From the NCBI GenBank assembly GCA_963828525.1, contig CAWHEP010000002.1:352001-416000 (forward strand): DNA of 64,000 nucleotides. The letters run 5' to 3'. Made by a program: the position numbers and the translations under genes. Positions 55,808 through 64,000 of the stretch are shown here, piece by piece. Source of the stretch: an uncultured Verrucomicrobiae bacterium. GTDB lineage: Bacteria; Verrucomicrobiota; Verrucomicrobiia; Chthoniobacterales; Chthoniobacteraceae. Each line of letters starts with the position of its first letter. Positions within the stretch are counted from its first letter, which is position 1. The notes under the pieces are model-generated. The model did no database searches. It saw only the letters and a list, made by a program, of their open reading frames with translations, and was not told the DNA's origin.

Positions 55808-56772
55808 GCGGAATCCGGCGTCACCCGGGTGACTTCACCGCTGGTTACTTTCCGCAGCGAGCCATCGGCACGCCGCAGCAGGAGGGCTCCGTCGTCGTCC
55901 AGGCCGATGGCCAACCCGCTTTCGTCCACCGTTCCCGAGGATACAGTAACCCACTTTTCCCGCAGGAAATCGCGCTCCCGGGCCCATTGCAGGATTCCCG
56001 GGAAGGAGCCTGGCAGATCCGGATAGCTGCAATCCAGCGCTTGCAGCACGGCGGCCGCAAGGCCGTTGCGATCGACCGCCGCACCCGTTTCCAGGCGCAA
56101 CGAAGTGGCGGTGGCGGCCAGCGATTCCGGGAAGGATGCATGGTTGGCGTTCAGCCCGATGCCGGCCACGGCGTAGGCGTTCCCTTGGGCCGGACTGCTT
56201 TCCACGAGAATGCCGGCGAGCTTCCGCCCGCCCGCGTAAAGGTCGTTCGGCCACTTCAGCATGACCTCCGCGCCGGTGGCGCTTTCCACTCCGCGCGCCA
56301 CTGCGCAAGCCGCCCAGAGTGTCAGGCGCGTCCAGAGCGCAGGGGGCCAGGCGGGGCGGAGGAGCAGGGAAAACCAGAGGCCCGCTCCCGGCTCGGATTG
56401 CCAGACGCGGCCGAGCCGCCCGCGCCCCGCGGTCTGTTCCTCCGCAAACGCGGCGATGCCCTCTGGCACCCCCTGCCGGCCGAGTTTGCCGAGCAGATCG
56501 TTCGTGGAGCCCGTACGCTCGAAGACCACGATCTCCCGCAGCCACCGGCGGGCGGCGGGCAGGCGGGAGAGAATGTCATCCGCCACCAGGCGGTCCGGGC
56601 TGGAAAGCAGGCGGCAGCCGAAGCAGGGGTGCTCTTCGATGCAGTAACCCGCGCCGCGCAACACCCGCACCCGCTCTGCCACTTGCGCCGGATCACCCAA
56701 CTCTGAGGCGGAAACATATCCGGCGCTCTGGCGCAGCCGCCGCAAGAGAGCGGCATCGGAGTGGGGCTGCAT
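55804..56772 (-). CDS. birA: Biotin--[acetyl-CoA carboxylase] ligase with N-terminal HTH
   Basis: GSTND, QTAGRGRLGR.W, KWPND, KLAGILVE, GIGLN. Confidence 0.93.
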   Translation of the reverse strand: MQPHSDAALLRRLRQSAGYVSASELGDPAQVAERVRVLRGAGYCIEEHPCFGCRLLSSPDRLVADDILSRLPAARRWLREIVVFERTGSTNDLLGKLGRQGVPEGIAAFAEEQTAGRGRLGRVWQSEPGAGLWFSLLLRPAWPPALWTRLTLWAACAVARGVESATGAEVMLKWPNDLYAGGRKLAGILVESSPAQGNAYAVAGIGLNANHASFPESLAATATSLRLETGAAVDRNGLAAAVLQALDCSYPDLPGSFPGILQWARERDFLREKWVTVSSGTVDESGLAIGLDDDGALLLRRADGSLRKVTSGEVTRVTPDSA

Positions 56773-57621
56773 CAGGATTCGAGGTCCAGCGAGAAATCGA
56801 TGGAGCCGGCTGAGTGGGTCAGCGCGCCCACGGAAATGAAATCCACCCCGGATCTCGGCGATGGCGCGCACGGAGTCCAAAGTCACGCCGCCGCTGGCCT
56901 CGAGCTTTACGGGGCGCACCGCGCGCAATGCCACCGCCTCGCGCATCTGCGCGCAGCTCATGTTATCCAGCAGGATGATATCGATGGCTGGGATTTCCAG
57001 GAAGCCGCGGACCTGCTCCAGCGTGTCCGCTTCCACCTCTACCAGGATCTTGGGGTGCGCTTCGCGAAAAATCGCCGCCCGTGCGCGCATGGCCTCAATT
57101 TTTTGCGTGGATCTGCCGGGCTCCGCGGCCAGGTGATTGTCTTTTACCAGCACCCGGTCGAATAGGCCGAAGCGGTGATTCTCGCCGCCGCCGGCCAGCA
57201 CGGCCGCCTTTTCCAGGGCACGCAATCCCGGGGTCGTCTTGCGGGTATCGAGAATGATCGCCCCGGTGCCGGCGACGGCGTCGACAAATCGCCGCGTGAG
57301 CGTAGCGACTGCGGAGAGGCGCTGGATGAAATTCAGCGCCACCCGCTCCGCGGTCAGGATGGACCGAACCTCGCCGCGGACTTCGAGCACGCTTTCGGCG
57401 CGGGCCACCCGCGATCCCGAAGGCTTCAGGATGGTGACTTGCAAAGCGGGATCGACGCGCAGAAAAACCTCGCGAGCCGTCTCGGCTCCCGCGACGAGGG
57501 CCTCTTCCTTCGCAACGATGCGAGCCAGCCCCTGGCGGCCCTCCGTGACGAAGTACTGGCTGGTCAGATCGCCCGAGCCGAGATCTTCGGCAAGGGCGAT
57601 GGCAATCGGATCGGGAGTCAT
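56772..57621 (-). CDS. nadC: Nicotinate-nucleotide diphosphorylase (frameshift near 56855)
   Basis: EDLG.GD.T, DTRKTTPGLR, KDNH, LLDNM, EASGG; true end GVDFISVGALTHSA..DFSLDLES-stop in the adjacent frame. Confidence 0.93.
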
Positions 57622-57865
57622 GGCGGGCTCGCCAGACTACGCGGAACGATTCGCCGCAAAGAAAGCCCGGTGGCGTTCCTGAAAAAAGTAGGTTCGGGCG
57701 GCGCATGCCCAAGGAGTATGTCGTCACAGAAAACAAACTACATGCGCCTACCCGAACCTAACCCCTAAACCTGTAGAGTCAGACACAACCGCCCCGCGCC
57801 CGTTCGAAAAAAGATTAAATTTTAGAAATATTTTTCCGAGCTGCCCAAAAGCGGCCGGCCTGAAC

Positions 57866-58810
57866 CTATTTGCCGGGCAGCGAAGCGAGGGCGATGGCCG
57901 CGCTGCCGATGATCCCGGCGTCATTACCCAGCTCGGCCGGCAGCAGCCGCAGAGACTCGTAGAAAACGGGCATGGTGGAAGCCTGGATGGTGCGGCGGAT
58001 CGGCTCGAAGAGCAGCTCCCCGGCGCGCGCCACTCCTCCGCCCAGCACGATGGCATCCGGGTTCAGCAGCCAGACGACATTCGCCAGGGCGGTGCCGATC
58101 TCCGCGCCAATCTCTGCCCAGAGCTGCCGCGCCGTGGCGTCGCCGGCGCGCGCCGCCGTATCGAGCGCCGCGGGGCTGCATTCGCTCAGTGGGAGCAATT
58201 TTCCGGCATTTTCGTAGAGTTTTTGCGCTCGCTCGGCGATCTGGGCGTTGCCCACATATTTTTCCAGAGCGCCGAGATTGCCGTAGTTTCCCGCGCGCCC
58301 GCGGAGGTCGATGCTCATTTGGCCGACCTCACCCGCACCGAGGTGGCTGCCGCGAAAGAGTTGGCCGTTCAGAATAAGCCCGCCTCCGACCCCGGTGCCG
58401 AGAGTGATGCAAACGACGTTTAATCCGTTGCGAGCCGCGCCGAACTTCCACTCGGCGTAGGCCATGGCGTTGGCGTCGTTTTCAATGGCCGCCGGCAAGC
58501 CGGTGCGCTGCTGCAGCAGGTCGCGCAACGGCACGTCGTACCAGCCTGGCACGTTCGAAAGGCGATGCACAACGCCGGTGAGGCTGTCCGTAATGCCGGG
58601 CAGGCCGATCCCGATCGCCGCCACCTCGGCATGCACCAGCCGGAGTGCCTGGATCTCCGCGATCAAGGCCTCGATGAGCGCCGCGCTGTCGCCCGTGCGC
58701 AACGTATCGATGGTGGCCCCGCGGTGGACGATCGCGCCGTTCTGCACGATGGCGGATTTGATGGTGGTGCCGCCGAAGTCGATGCCGATCGCGGTCGCGG
58801 AATCCTTCAT
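57866..58810 (-). CDS. ROK-family sugar kinase (glucokinase-like)
   Basis: GIDFGGT, ENDANA, TLGTGVGGG, GAGEVG. Confidence 0.9.
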   Translation of the reverse strand: MKDSATAIGIDFGGTTIKSAIVQNGAIVHRGATIDTLRTGDSAALIEALIAEIQALRLVHAEVAAIGIGLPGITDSLTGVVHRLSNVPGWYDVPLRDLLQQRTGLPAAIENDANAMAYAEWKFGAARNGLNVVCITLGTGVGGGLILNGQLFRGSHLGAGEVGQMSIDLRGRAGNYGNLGALEKYVGNAQIAERAQKLYENAGKLLPLSECSPAALDTAARAGDATARQLWAEIGAEIGTALANVVWLLNPDAIVLGGGVARAGELLFEPIRRTIQASTMPVFYESLRLLPAELGNDAGIIGSAAIALASLPGK

Positions 58811-58814
58811 GTTT

Positions 58815-59576
58815 CTAGGGGGTGGGGAAGTTCAGGTTGCCGATGATGCGCAACCCTTCCAGCGTGAGGTGCGGGTGAACAAGCTTAATCTCCGGCAGGC
58901 CGGCGGCGATGAACTCCGCGTAACCACCGGTGGCCACCACGTGGCATCTGCGCCCTGCGCCGAGTTCCCGGCGAATCTGGAGGAGAATCTCGCGGACGAG
59001 CCCGCGGTAGCCATGGATGGCCCCGGCGAGCATGGCTTCACGGGTCGATTTCCCGATGGCGGAGACCGGCTCGGCCGGCTTGATTTTCGGGAGGAGGGCG
59101 GTGCGCTGGTAGAGATAGTCGGTCATGGCCTCCAGGCCGGGCGCGATCACGCCGCCGAGGTAGGCGTTGCGCTTGGAAAGAATATCGAAGGTGACGGCGG
59201 TGCCGAAATCAACCACCACCGCCGGGCCGCCGCAGAGCTGGCGAACGGCGGCGGCATTGGCCAGCCGGTCGCCGCCGATGGTGGCCGGCTTCGGATAGTC
59301 GATCTCGACGCCGAGATCGATCTTGTTGCTCACCTGCACGAGATCGCCGCTGCGGGCCTGCGCGGCAAAGGCGGCGAGGGCAAGAGCCGCTTTCTCGGGC
59401 ACTACCGAGCAAAGGACGATTTTTTGCCCGGCGCGCGGCATGCGCCGGAACGCCGCCGCCGTAAGGGTGGGAGTGCGGACGCGCGAAACCCGGCCCAGCC
59501 CCCGCCGCGAGGCTTGGGCGAATTTCGTGAACGAGTTGCTGATGTCGATCAGCAGGTAATCGGGGGGCATCGGCAT
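58815..59576 (-). CDS. coaX: Type III pantothenate kinase
   Basis: LIDISNSFTK, G.DR, VDFGTAVTFD, GGVIAPG, VATGG. Confidence 0.93.
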   Translation of the reverse strand: MPMPPDYLLIDISNSFTKFAQASRRGLGRVSRVRTPTLTAAAFRRMPRAGQKIVLCSVVPEKAALALAAFAAQARSGDLVQVSNKIDLGVEIDYPKPATIGGDRLANAAAVRQLCGGPAVVVDFGTAVTFDILSKRNAYLGGVIAPGLEAMTDYLYQRTALLPKIKPAEPVSAIGKSTREAMLAGAIHGYRGLVREILLQIRRELGAGRRCHVVATGGYAEFIAAGLPEIKLVHPHLTLEGLRIIGNLNFPTP

Positions 59577-59619
59577 TGAGTGTTCCCGCGGGGCGTGTAA
59601 CCTGTCAAACACACCCGCG

Positions 59620-60615
59620 ATGCCCAACGACAGCGCACCCCACTCCATGCAGCCCCGCCGGCCCCGGCGCCTGCGCGGCTCGGCGGGCCTGCGCGAGATG
59701 ATGAGGGAGCACGCCATCCGGCCCCAGGATTTGATCCTGCCGCTTTTTGCGAGCGAGAAAATCAGCGCGGCGCAGCCGGTGCCGAGCATGCCGGGAGTCT
59801 CGCAGTGGACGGTGGACGGATTGCGGCGCGAAGCGGCGGCGGCCTGGGAGGATGGGGTGCGGAGCGTCCTGCTTTTCGGCATTCCGAAGGAAAAGGACGA
59901 ACAGGCGTCTCAAGCTTGGGCGGAGAATGGCATTGTGCAAGAGGCGGTGCGGGCGCTGAAACGCGACCTGCCCGAGCTGGTGGTGGTCACTGATGTCTGC
60001 TTGTGCGAATACATGAGCCACGGGCATTGCGGCGTGGTGAAGGGCGGTCACGTGCTCAATGACGAATCGCTCCAGCTGCTTGCCCGCACCGCTGTTTCTC
60101 ACGCGCAGGCGGGCGCGGATATGGTCGCTCCCAGCGACATGATGGATGGCCGGGTGCGCGCCATCCGCGGCGCGCTGGATAGCTCCGGAAACACCGGGAC
60201 CGTAATCATGAGTTACGCTGCGAAGTTTTGTTCCGCCTTTTACGGCCCCTTCCGCGATGCGGCCGAGAGCACCCCCGCGTTTGGCGACCGCCGCACTTAC
60301 CAGATGGATTGCGCCAATGCGGAGGAGGCGATGCGGGAGGTGGAACTGGATCTGGCTGAAGGCGCGGACATTATCCTCATCAAGCCGGGCCTGCCTTATC
60401 TGGATATTGTCTGGCGGGTCAGGGAACGGTTCGGAGTGCCGACCGCCATCTATAACGTGAGCGGCGAGTACGCGATGGTGAAAGCCGCCGCCGCGCAGGG
60501 CTGGCTGGACGAGCGCAGCACCGTGATGGAAACCATGACCGCCTTTAAGCGCGCGGGAGCCGGGCTGGTGATTACCTATTGGGCGCGGCAGGTGGCGCAA
60601 TGGCTGCGGGAGTAG
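59620..60615 (+). CDS. hemB: Porphobilinogen synthase
   Basis: RPRRLR, DVCLCEY.SHGHCG, PSDMMDGR, SAFYGPFRDA, VSGEYAM. Confidence 0.97.
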   Translation: MPNDSAPHSMQPRRPRRLRGSAGLREMMREHAIRPQDLILPLFASEKISAAQPVPSMPGVSQWTVDGLRREAAAAWEDGVRSVLLFGIPKEKDEQASQAWAENGIVQEAVRALKRDLPELVVVTDVCLCEYMSHGHCGVVKGGHVLNDESLQLLARTAVSHAQAGADMVAPSDMMDGRVRAIRGALDSSGNTGTVIMSYAAKFCSAFYGPFRDAAESTPAFGDRRTYQMDCANAEEAMREVELDLAEGADIILIKPGLPYLDIVWRVRERFGVPTAIYNVSGEYAMVKAAAAQGWLDERSTVMETMTAFKRAGAGLVITYWARQVAQWLRE

Positions 60616-60670
60616 CGAGCCGCAAGGGTTGAGGCGTGTGCGCAACGCGGCAATCCCGAATGAAACAGGC

Positions 60671-60967
60671 TTACCTCTTTTTGGGCGGCAACTCTCGAAC
60701 GAAAGCCCATGAGATTTCGGCCAACTCGCCCGTATCATAGGTGACGGTAAAATGACTGCCGAGCTCTTGGTCGACTGTGACGACGACCGGGATTGCCTCC
60801 GCCGAAATATGATTCGCCTTTCGAATGGCAGAATGAGGTTCGAGAAAACAAAGGCCATCCTCAAATTGGATATCGAAAGCGTCCTCCCATCCAAGGTACC
60901 GGGCGTTACGGATGCGTGAAAAAGCAGCTTTTCCGTAACCTTTTTTAAGCTGCACTGCGGATTTCAT
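60671..60967 (-). CDS. Putative antitoxin (DUF2442-like fold, two beta-rich repeats)
   Basis: IRNARYL..DAFDIQFEDG and FTVTYDTGELAEISW; ATGA-coupled to the upstream DUF4160-like gene. Confidence 0.5.
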   Translation of the reverse strand: MKSAVQLKKGYGKAAFSRIRNARYLGWEDAFDIQFEDGLCFLEPHSAIRKANHISAEAIPVVVTVDQELGSHFTVTYDTGELAEISWAFVRELPPKKR

Positions 60968-61163
60968 AGGCGTCCTTCTTTAATTAGTTCTTTTACTAAT
61001 CTAAGCAGCTTTTGTCTGGTTGCCAGCCTTCGATTCCCACCAGTCTATTCACATCCAGGCGGCCGAGCAACCGGCGCTTACTGGTGTACACATGAATATG
61101 ACGTGGCACGTGATCGCCGATGAACCATTCCAAGATGTAACCGCCTCGCCGAACTCTGCCCAT
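60964..61163 (-). CDS. DUF4160-like putative toxin (one frameshift; missing from ORF track)
   Basis: Manual translation MGRVRRGGYILEWFIGDHVPRHIHVY...; DHxPxHxHV motif; a frameshift in an A-run restores ...LVKELIKEGRL-stop. Confidence 0.65.
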
Positions 61164-61173
61164 GTTCGGACTC

Positions 61174-62112
61174 TCACGGAAGGGTGGTGCGCAGCAACTC
61201 CGCCGGGCCGTTTACTGGATGCACCAGCCGACTATCCAGTGTGGCCGGAGTGAGGAAAAACTGGCCGGCGCTGAACTCCAGCGAGCCGCAACGCGCTTTT
61301 CCACTCAGCACGGTGAAGATCGCGAATTCTCCCTCGGGCGCCGCCTCCCGGGGCTGATCGAGGTTCCAGCGATCCACCTGGAAATACTCGCACTTCACCA
61401 GCGTTTCGCCGGCCGGGTGCTGCAGCTCGGGCGTGAAATCGGTGAAGTCTATAGACTCCATCGATTCGCGAATGTGCAGCTCGCGCGCCTTGCCGTCCAG
61501 CCCCACGCGGTTCCAGTCGAAGACGCGGTAGGTGGTGTCGCTATTCTGCTGCACCTCCACGATCACGTTCCCGGCGCCGATTGCATGGACCCGTCCGCTG
61601 GGGATGAAGATGCAGTCGCCGGCCTTCACTTCGATCCGGTGGATCATTTGCTCCACCGTGCCGTCGCCGAGCGCCTGTTCGAACTGTGCGCGCGTCACGC
61701 CCGGACGTAGGCCGGCAAAGATGTCGGCCCCTTCGTCGGCATTGGCGATGTACCACATTTCCGTTTTCGGCTCACCCTGAAGGGCTGGGGCCACAGTGGC
61801 GGGCGGGTGCACCTGCACGGAAAGGCGTTCGCGCGCGTCGAGCAGCTTGAAGAGCAGCGGAAATCGCGATGAGGCGCCGGCCCGGCCTCCGAAGACGTCG
61901 GCGTGGCGCCCGGTCCAGAGTTCACCGAGGGTGCTCCCGCGCAAAGGACCGGTATGCACCACGCTTTGGGCCTCGTCGCGATCCACGATTTCCCAGGATT
62001 CGCCAACGCGCCCGCCGGGGAGATTTTTGCCCAGGAGCGTCTCCAGATGGCGGCCACCCCAAACGCGTTCCATGAAGAGCGGCTCAAAGACAATAGGGTC
62101 GGCGAAGCGCAT
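61174..62112 (-). CDS. manA: Class I mannose-6-phosphate isomerase
   Basis: RVWGG, GESW, FPLLFKLLDA..LSVQVHP, KTEMWY, G.VHAIG, EVQQNSDTTYR. Confidence 0.92.
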   Translation of the reverse strand: MRFADPIVFEPLFMERVWGGRHLETLLGKNLPGGRVGESWEIVDRDEAQSVVHTGPLRGSTLGELWTGRHADVFGGRAGASSRFPLLFKLLDARERLSVQVHPPATVAPALQGEPKTEMWYIANADEGADIFAGLRPGVTRAQFEQALGDGTVEQMIHRIEVKAGDCIFIPSGRVHAIGAGNVIVEVQQNSDTTYRVFDWNRVGLDGKARELHIRESMESIDFTDFTPELQHPAGETLVKCEYFQVDRWNLDQPREAAPEGEFAIFTVLSGKARCGSLEFSAGQFFLTPATLDSRLVHPVNGPAELLRTTLP

Positions 62113-62161
62113 CCGGGTAGGTGGGCATGGAGAGCCCCGCGGCGTCAATGTCCAAGCACAA

Positions 62162-62194
62162 AAAAAGGCGCCGCGGTGTGCGCGGCGCCTTTTT
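62162..62194. terminator. Intrinsic terminator, symmetric (potentially bidirectional)
   Basis: AAAAAGGCGCCGCG-GTGTG-CGCGGCGCCTTTTT just after the sigma-factor stop. Confidence 0.85.
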
Positions 62195-62206
62195 GATAGC
62201 TGCTGC

Positions 62207-63061
62207 TTAGCTGGCGCTGTGGACGAAATCCGCCGCCGGCTTTTCCTTCTTCTGCAGGGCGCGGCGCAGTTTCATGAGCGCGATATTCTGAAGCTGGCGG
62301 ATGCGCTCGCGCGTGACGCCGAATTTTTTGCCGACTTCCTCCAGTGTCTTCGGCTTGCCGCCATCCAGGCCGAACCGCGAAAAGATGATTTTCTTCTCCC
62401 GCTCGTCCAGCACGCCGATGAGGTCGCCCACCTCGTCGCGCAGATTCTGGTCGCGCAGTTGTTCGAAAGGTGTGAGCGCTTCCTCGTCGCCGACGATTTC
62501 GCCAAACTCCGTGGTATCGTCGTCGCTGATCGGCGCATCCAGCGACGCAGGCCGGATGGAGACGGTCTTCAACTGCGAAACCTTGGCGGACGCCATGCCG
62601 ATTTCCTCGGCCAGCTCCTCGTCGGTCGGCTCGCGGCCGAGTTCTTCACTCATTTGCATGGAGACGCGGCGCATCTTCGAGATTTTGTCCACCAGATGAA
62701 CGGGCAGGCGGATGGTCTTGCTCTGGTTGGCCAAGGCGCGCTTGATGGATTGCTTGATCCACCAGGCGGCGTAGGTGGAGAGCTTGCCTCCCTTGGCGGG
62801 ATCGAAGCGCTCCACCGCCTTCATCAGGCCAATGTTCCCCTCGGAAATCAGGTCGAGCAGCGGCAGGCCCAAGTTGTTGTAATCGTGGGCAATTTTAACC
62901 ACGAGGCGGAGATTGGCGCGGATCATCATGGCGCGCGCTTCCTTGTCGCCCTTTTTGATGCGGGCGGCGAGGTCGATCTCCTGCTGTGGCGTGAGAAGGG
63001 CAATCTGCCCTATTTCGCGCAGGTAAATTTTGATTCCGGATTCAGTGTCGTCGGCGGCCAT
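62207..63061 (-). CDS. RpoD/SigA-family sigma-70 factor lacking region 1.1
   Basis: YLREIG, ANLRLVV, DLI.EGN.GLM.AVERFD, STYAAWWI.Q, TLEEVG..FGVTRERIRQ. Confidence 0.93.
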   Translation of the reverse strand: MAADDTESGIKIYLREIGQIALLTPQQEIDLAARIKKGDKEARAMMIRANLRLVVKIAHDYNNLGLPLLDLISEGNIGLMKAVERFDPAKGGKLSTYAAWWIKQSIKRALANQSKTIRLPVHLVDKISKMRRVSMQMSEELGREPTDEELAEEIGMASAKVSQLKTVSIRPASLDAPISDDDTTEFGEIVGDEEALTPFEQLRDQNLRDEVGDLIGVLDEREKKIIFSRFGLDGGKPKTLEEVGKKFGVTRERIRQLQNIALMKLRRALQKKEKPAADFVHSAS

Positions 63062-63569
63062 AAAGTTGCAGGGCTCAAAAGCTTCTGCTAAGATTGAGTT
63101 GGTTCTGTATTAGATTCGTTTAGCGCAGCCGCCTTGCTCGTCTGGGAAAGGCTTTCCGAGCAAATTGTTAACGCCATTAAGTTTTACGATAGTTGGACGG
63201 AGGTGGATGCGCTTTTGTTCAATTCACTCGGAAGAAACGGAACCCTTAGCGCCTCAGTGGGAGCATGGCGTATGCCGCTGCGGACTTACTGCCTCAGAAG
63301 AGATGGCTCCCGCTCTCAAACGGTCCTGACAAAGCGGGCGAACTGTACCGGCTTAGGAAGCAGTGCGGAGCGTGGTAATACACCTGATTGTTACAATGCC
63401 GGAATAGCCAGCCGGATGAGGACGGCTTACTCACGGCGCGATGCACCTGCTCGCCCAAGCTCCCGCGCCGACGGCTCTCCGAAAACCGGCGAGATGAGCA
63501 GCGAAAGCCCCACTTCTTCCGCCTTGCCCCCGTTGATCCCCTCCCCAGCGCGTGGCCGGTCATCACGGA

Positions 63570-63822
63570 ATTGTCCGCCGAGCTGGTGGCGATGTCCACC
63601 ATCCTGTTTGCGGACCGCCTCGGGCTGCCGGAGAGCATCACGCACGTGCTCTCCTCCGGAATCGCCGGCACCATGGCGGCGAACCGTTCCGGGCTGCAGG
63701 CGCAAACGCTGCGGAATATCCTGCTGGCCTGGGTGCTGACCCTGCCGGTGTGCATGTTCCTCGGCTCCATCCTTTTCGCCTTCGGCAATTACATCGTCTT
63801 CAACATCCTGCGCATGTCCTAG
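63570..63822 (+). pseudogene. PiT-family phosphate transporter, C-terminal fragment
   Basis: AELVAM.TIL.AD.LGLPESITHVLSSGIAGTMAAN.SGLQ..TLRNI.LAWVLTLP; no room or similarity for the N-terminal part upstream. Confidence 0.75.
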
Positions 63823-64000
63823 AGCGGCCGCGTGAGCCGGCCGGGGGCTTTGGGCTTGGGCAGGAAACCAACCACGCGCCGGTGTTTCTATCGGGCGCGA
63901 ACGCTTCGGGGGTTGAACTCAGGGCCTCTTTGCTATTCTCTCCCCCTCGGGCAACCCGATCCGGGACGCCGTCATTCCCCTCTCACCGAATTTCTCTTAT

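Noticed and set aside
55804..57621. 605-aa NadC-BirA fusion in the ORF track
   Set aside because: The canonical NadC C-terminus and its stop (TGATG overlap with the birA start at 56772) are in the adjacent frame; a single indel near 56855 explains the fusion
63062..63390. Long leader upstream of the sigma factor as a riboswitch or ncRNA
   Set aside because: No known aptamer motif or convincing stem recognised by eye

Overview
GC-rich bacterial chromosome segment, most likely Verrucomicrobiota (inferred from gene content and order, not tested). (1) 1-22.1 kb is accessory DNA lying 3' of a tRNA-Gly(CCC). It holds an ExbD/TonB-NikR-TonB-dependent receptor-DUF4198 nickel-uptake locus with a palindromic operator, and a CxxC/Pro-tail (DUF2946-like) ORF ahead of a CACGC outer-membrane barrel. 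It also holds a pilin with a sigma54-type promoter, a HipA-like kinase/DUF3037 pair, a stand-alone polyvalent-protein-type kinase, an FGE-like protein and two tandem GH2+CBM32 enzymes. The most striking feature is a nested mobile element: an IS1-derived element with a mostly deleted transposase (22-bp TIRs, 8-bp TSD) carries unknown cargo genes and sits inside a ~270-bp MITE (30-bp TIRs, CTAA TSD). (2) 22.2-64 kb is mostly core genome: pseudopilin, hydrolase, AttH/FtsX-like pair, a glycosylation cluster, GH53, glnD, an NtrC-type two-component pair, pgi, S8 peptidase, ECF sigma, pyrRBC with a PyrR RNA site, mrp, rpoN, birA, nadC, ROK kinase, coaX, hemB, manA and an RpoD-family sigma. A hidden DUF4160-type toxin-antitoxin pair and a repeat-rich non-coding segment at 51.6-52.1 kb are also present. 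Many genes, including housekeeping ones, are split by single-base frameshifts, which I read as long-read assembly indel errors rather than pseudogenes. All family calls come from motif recognition by eye; no database searches were run.
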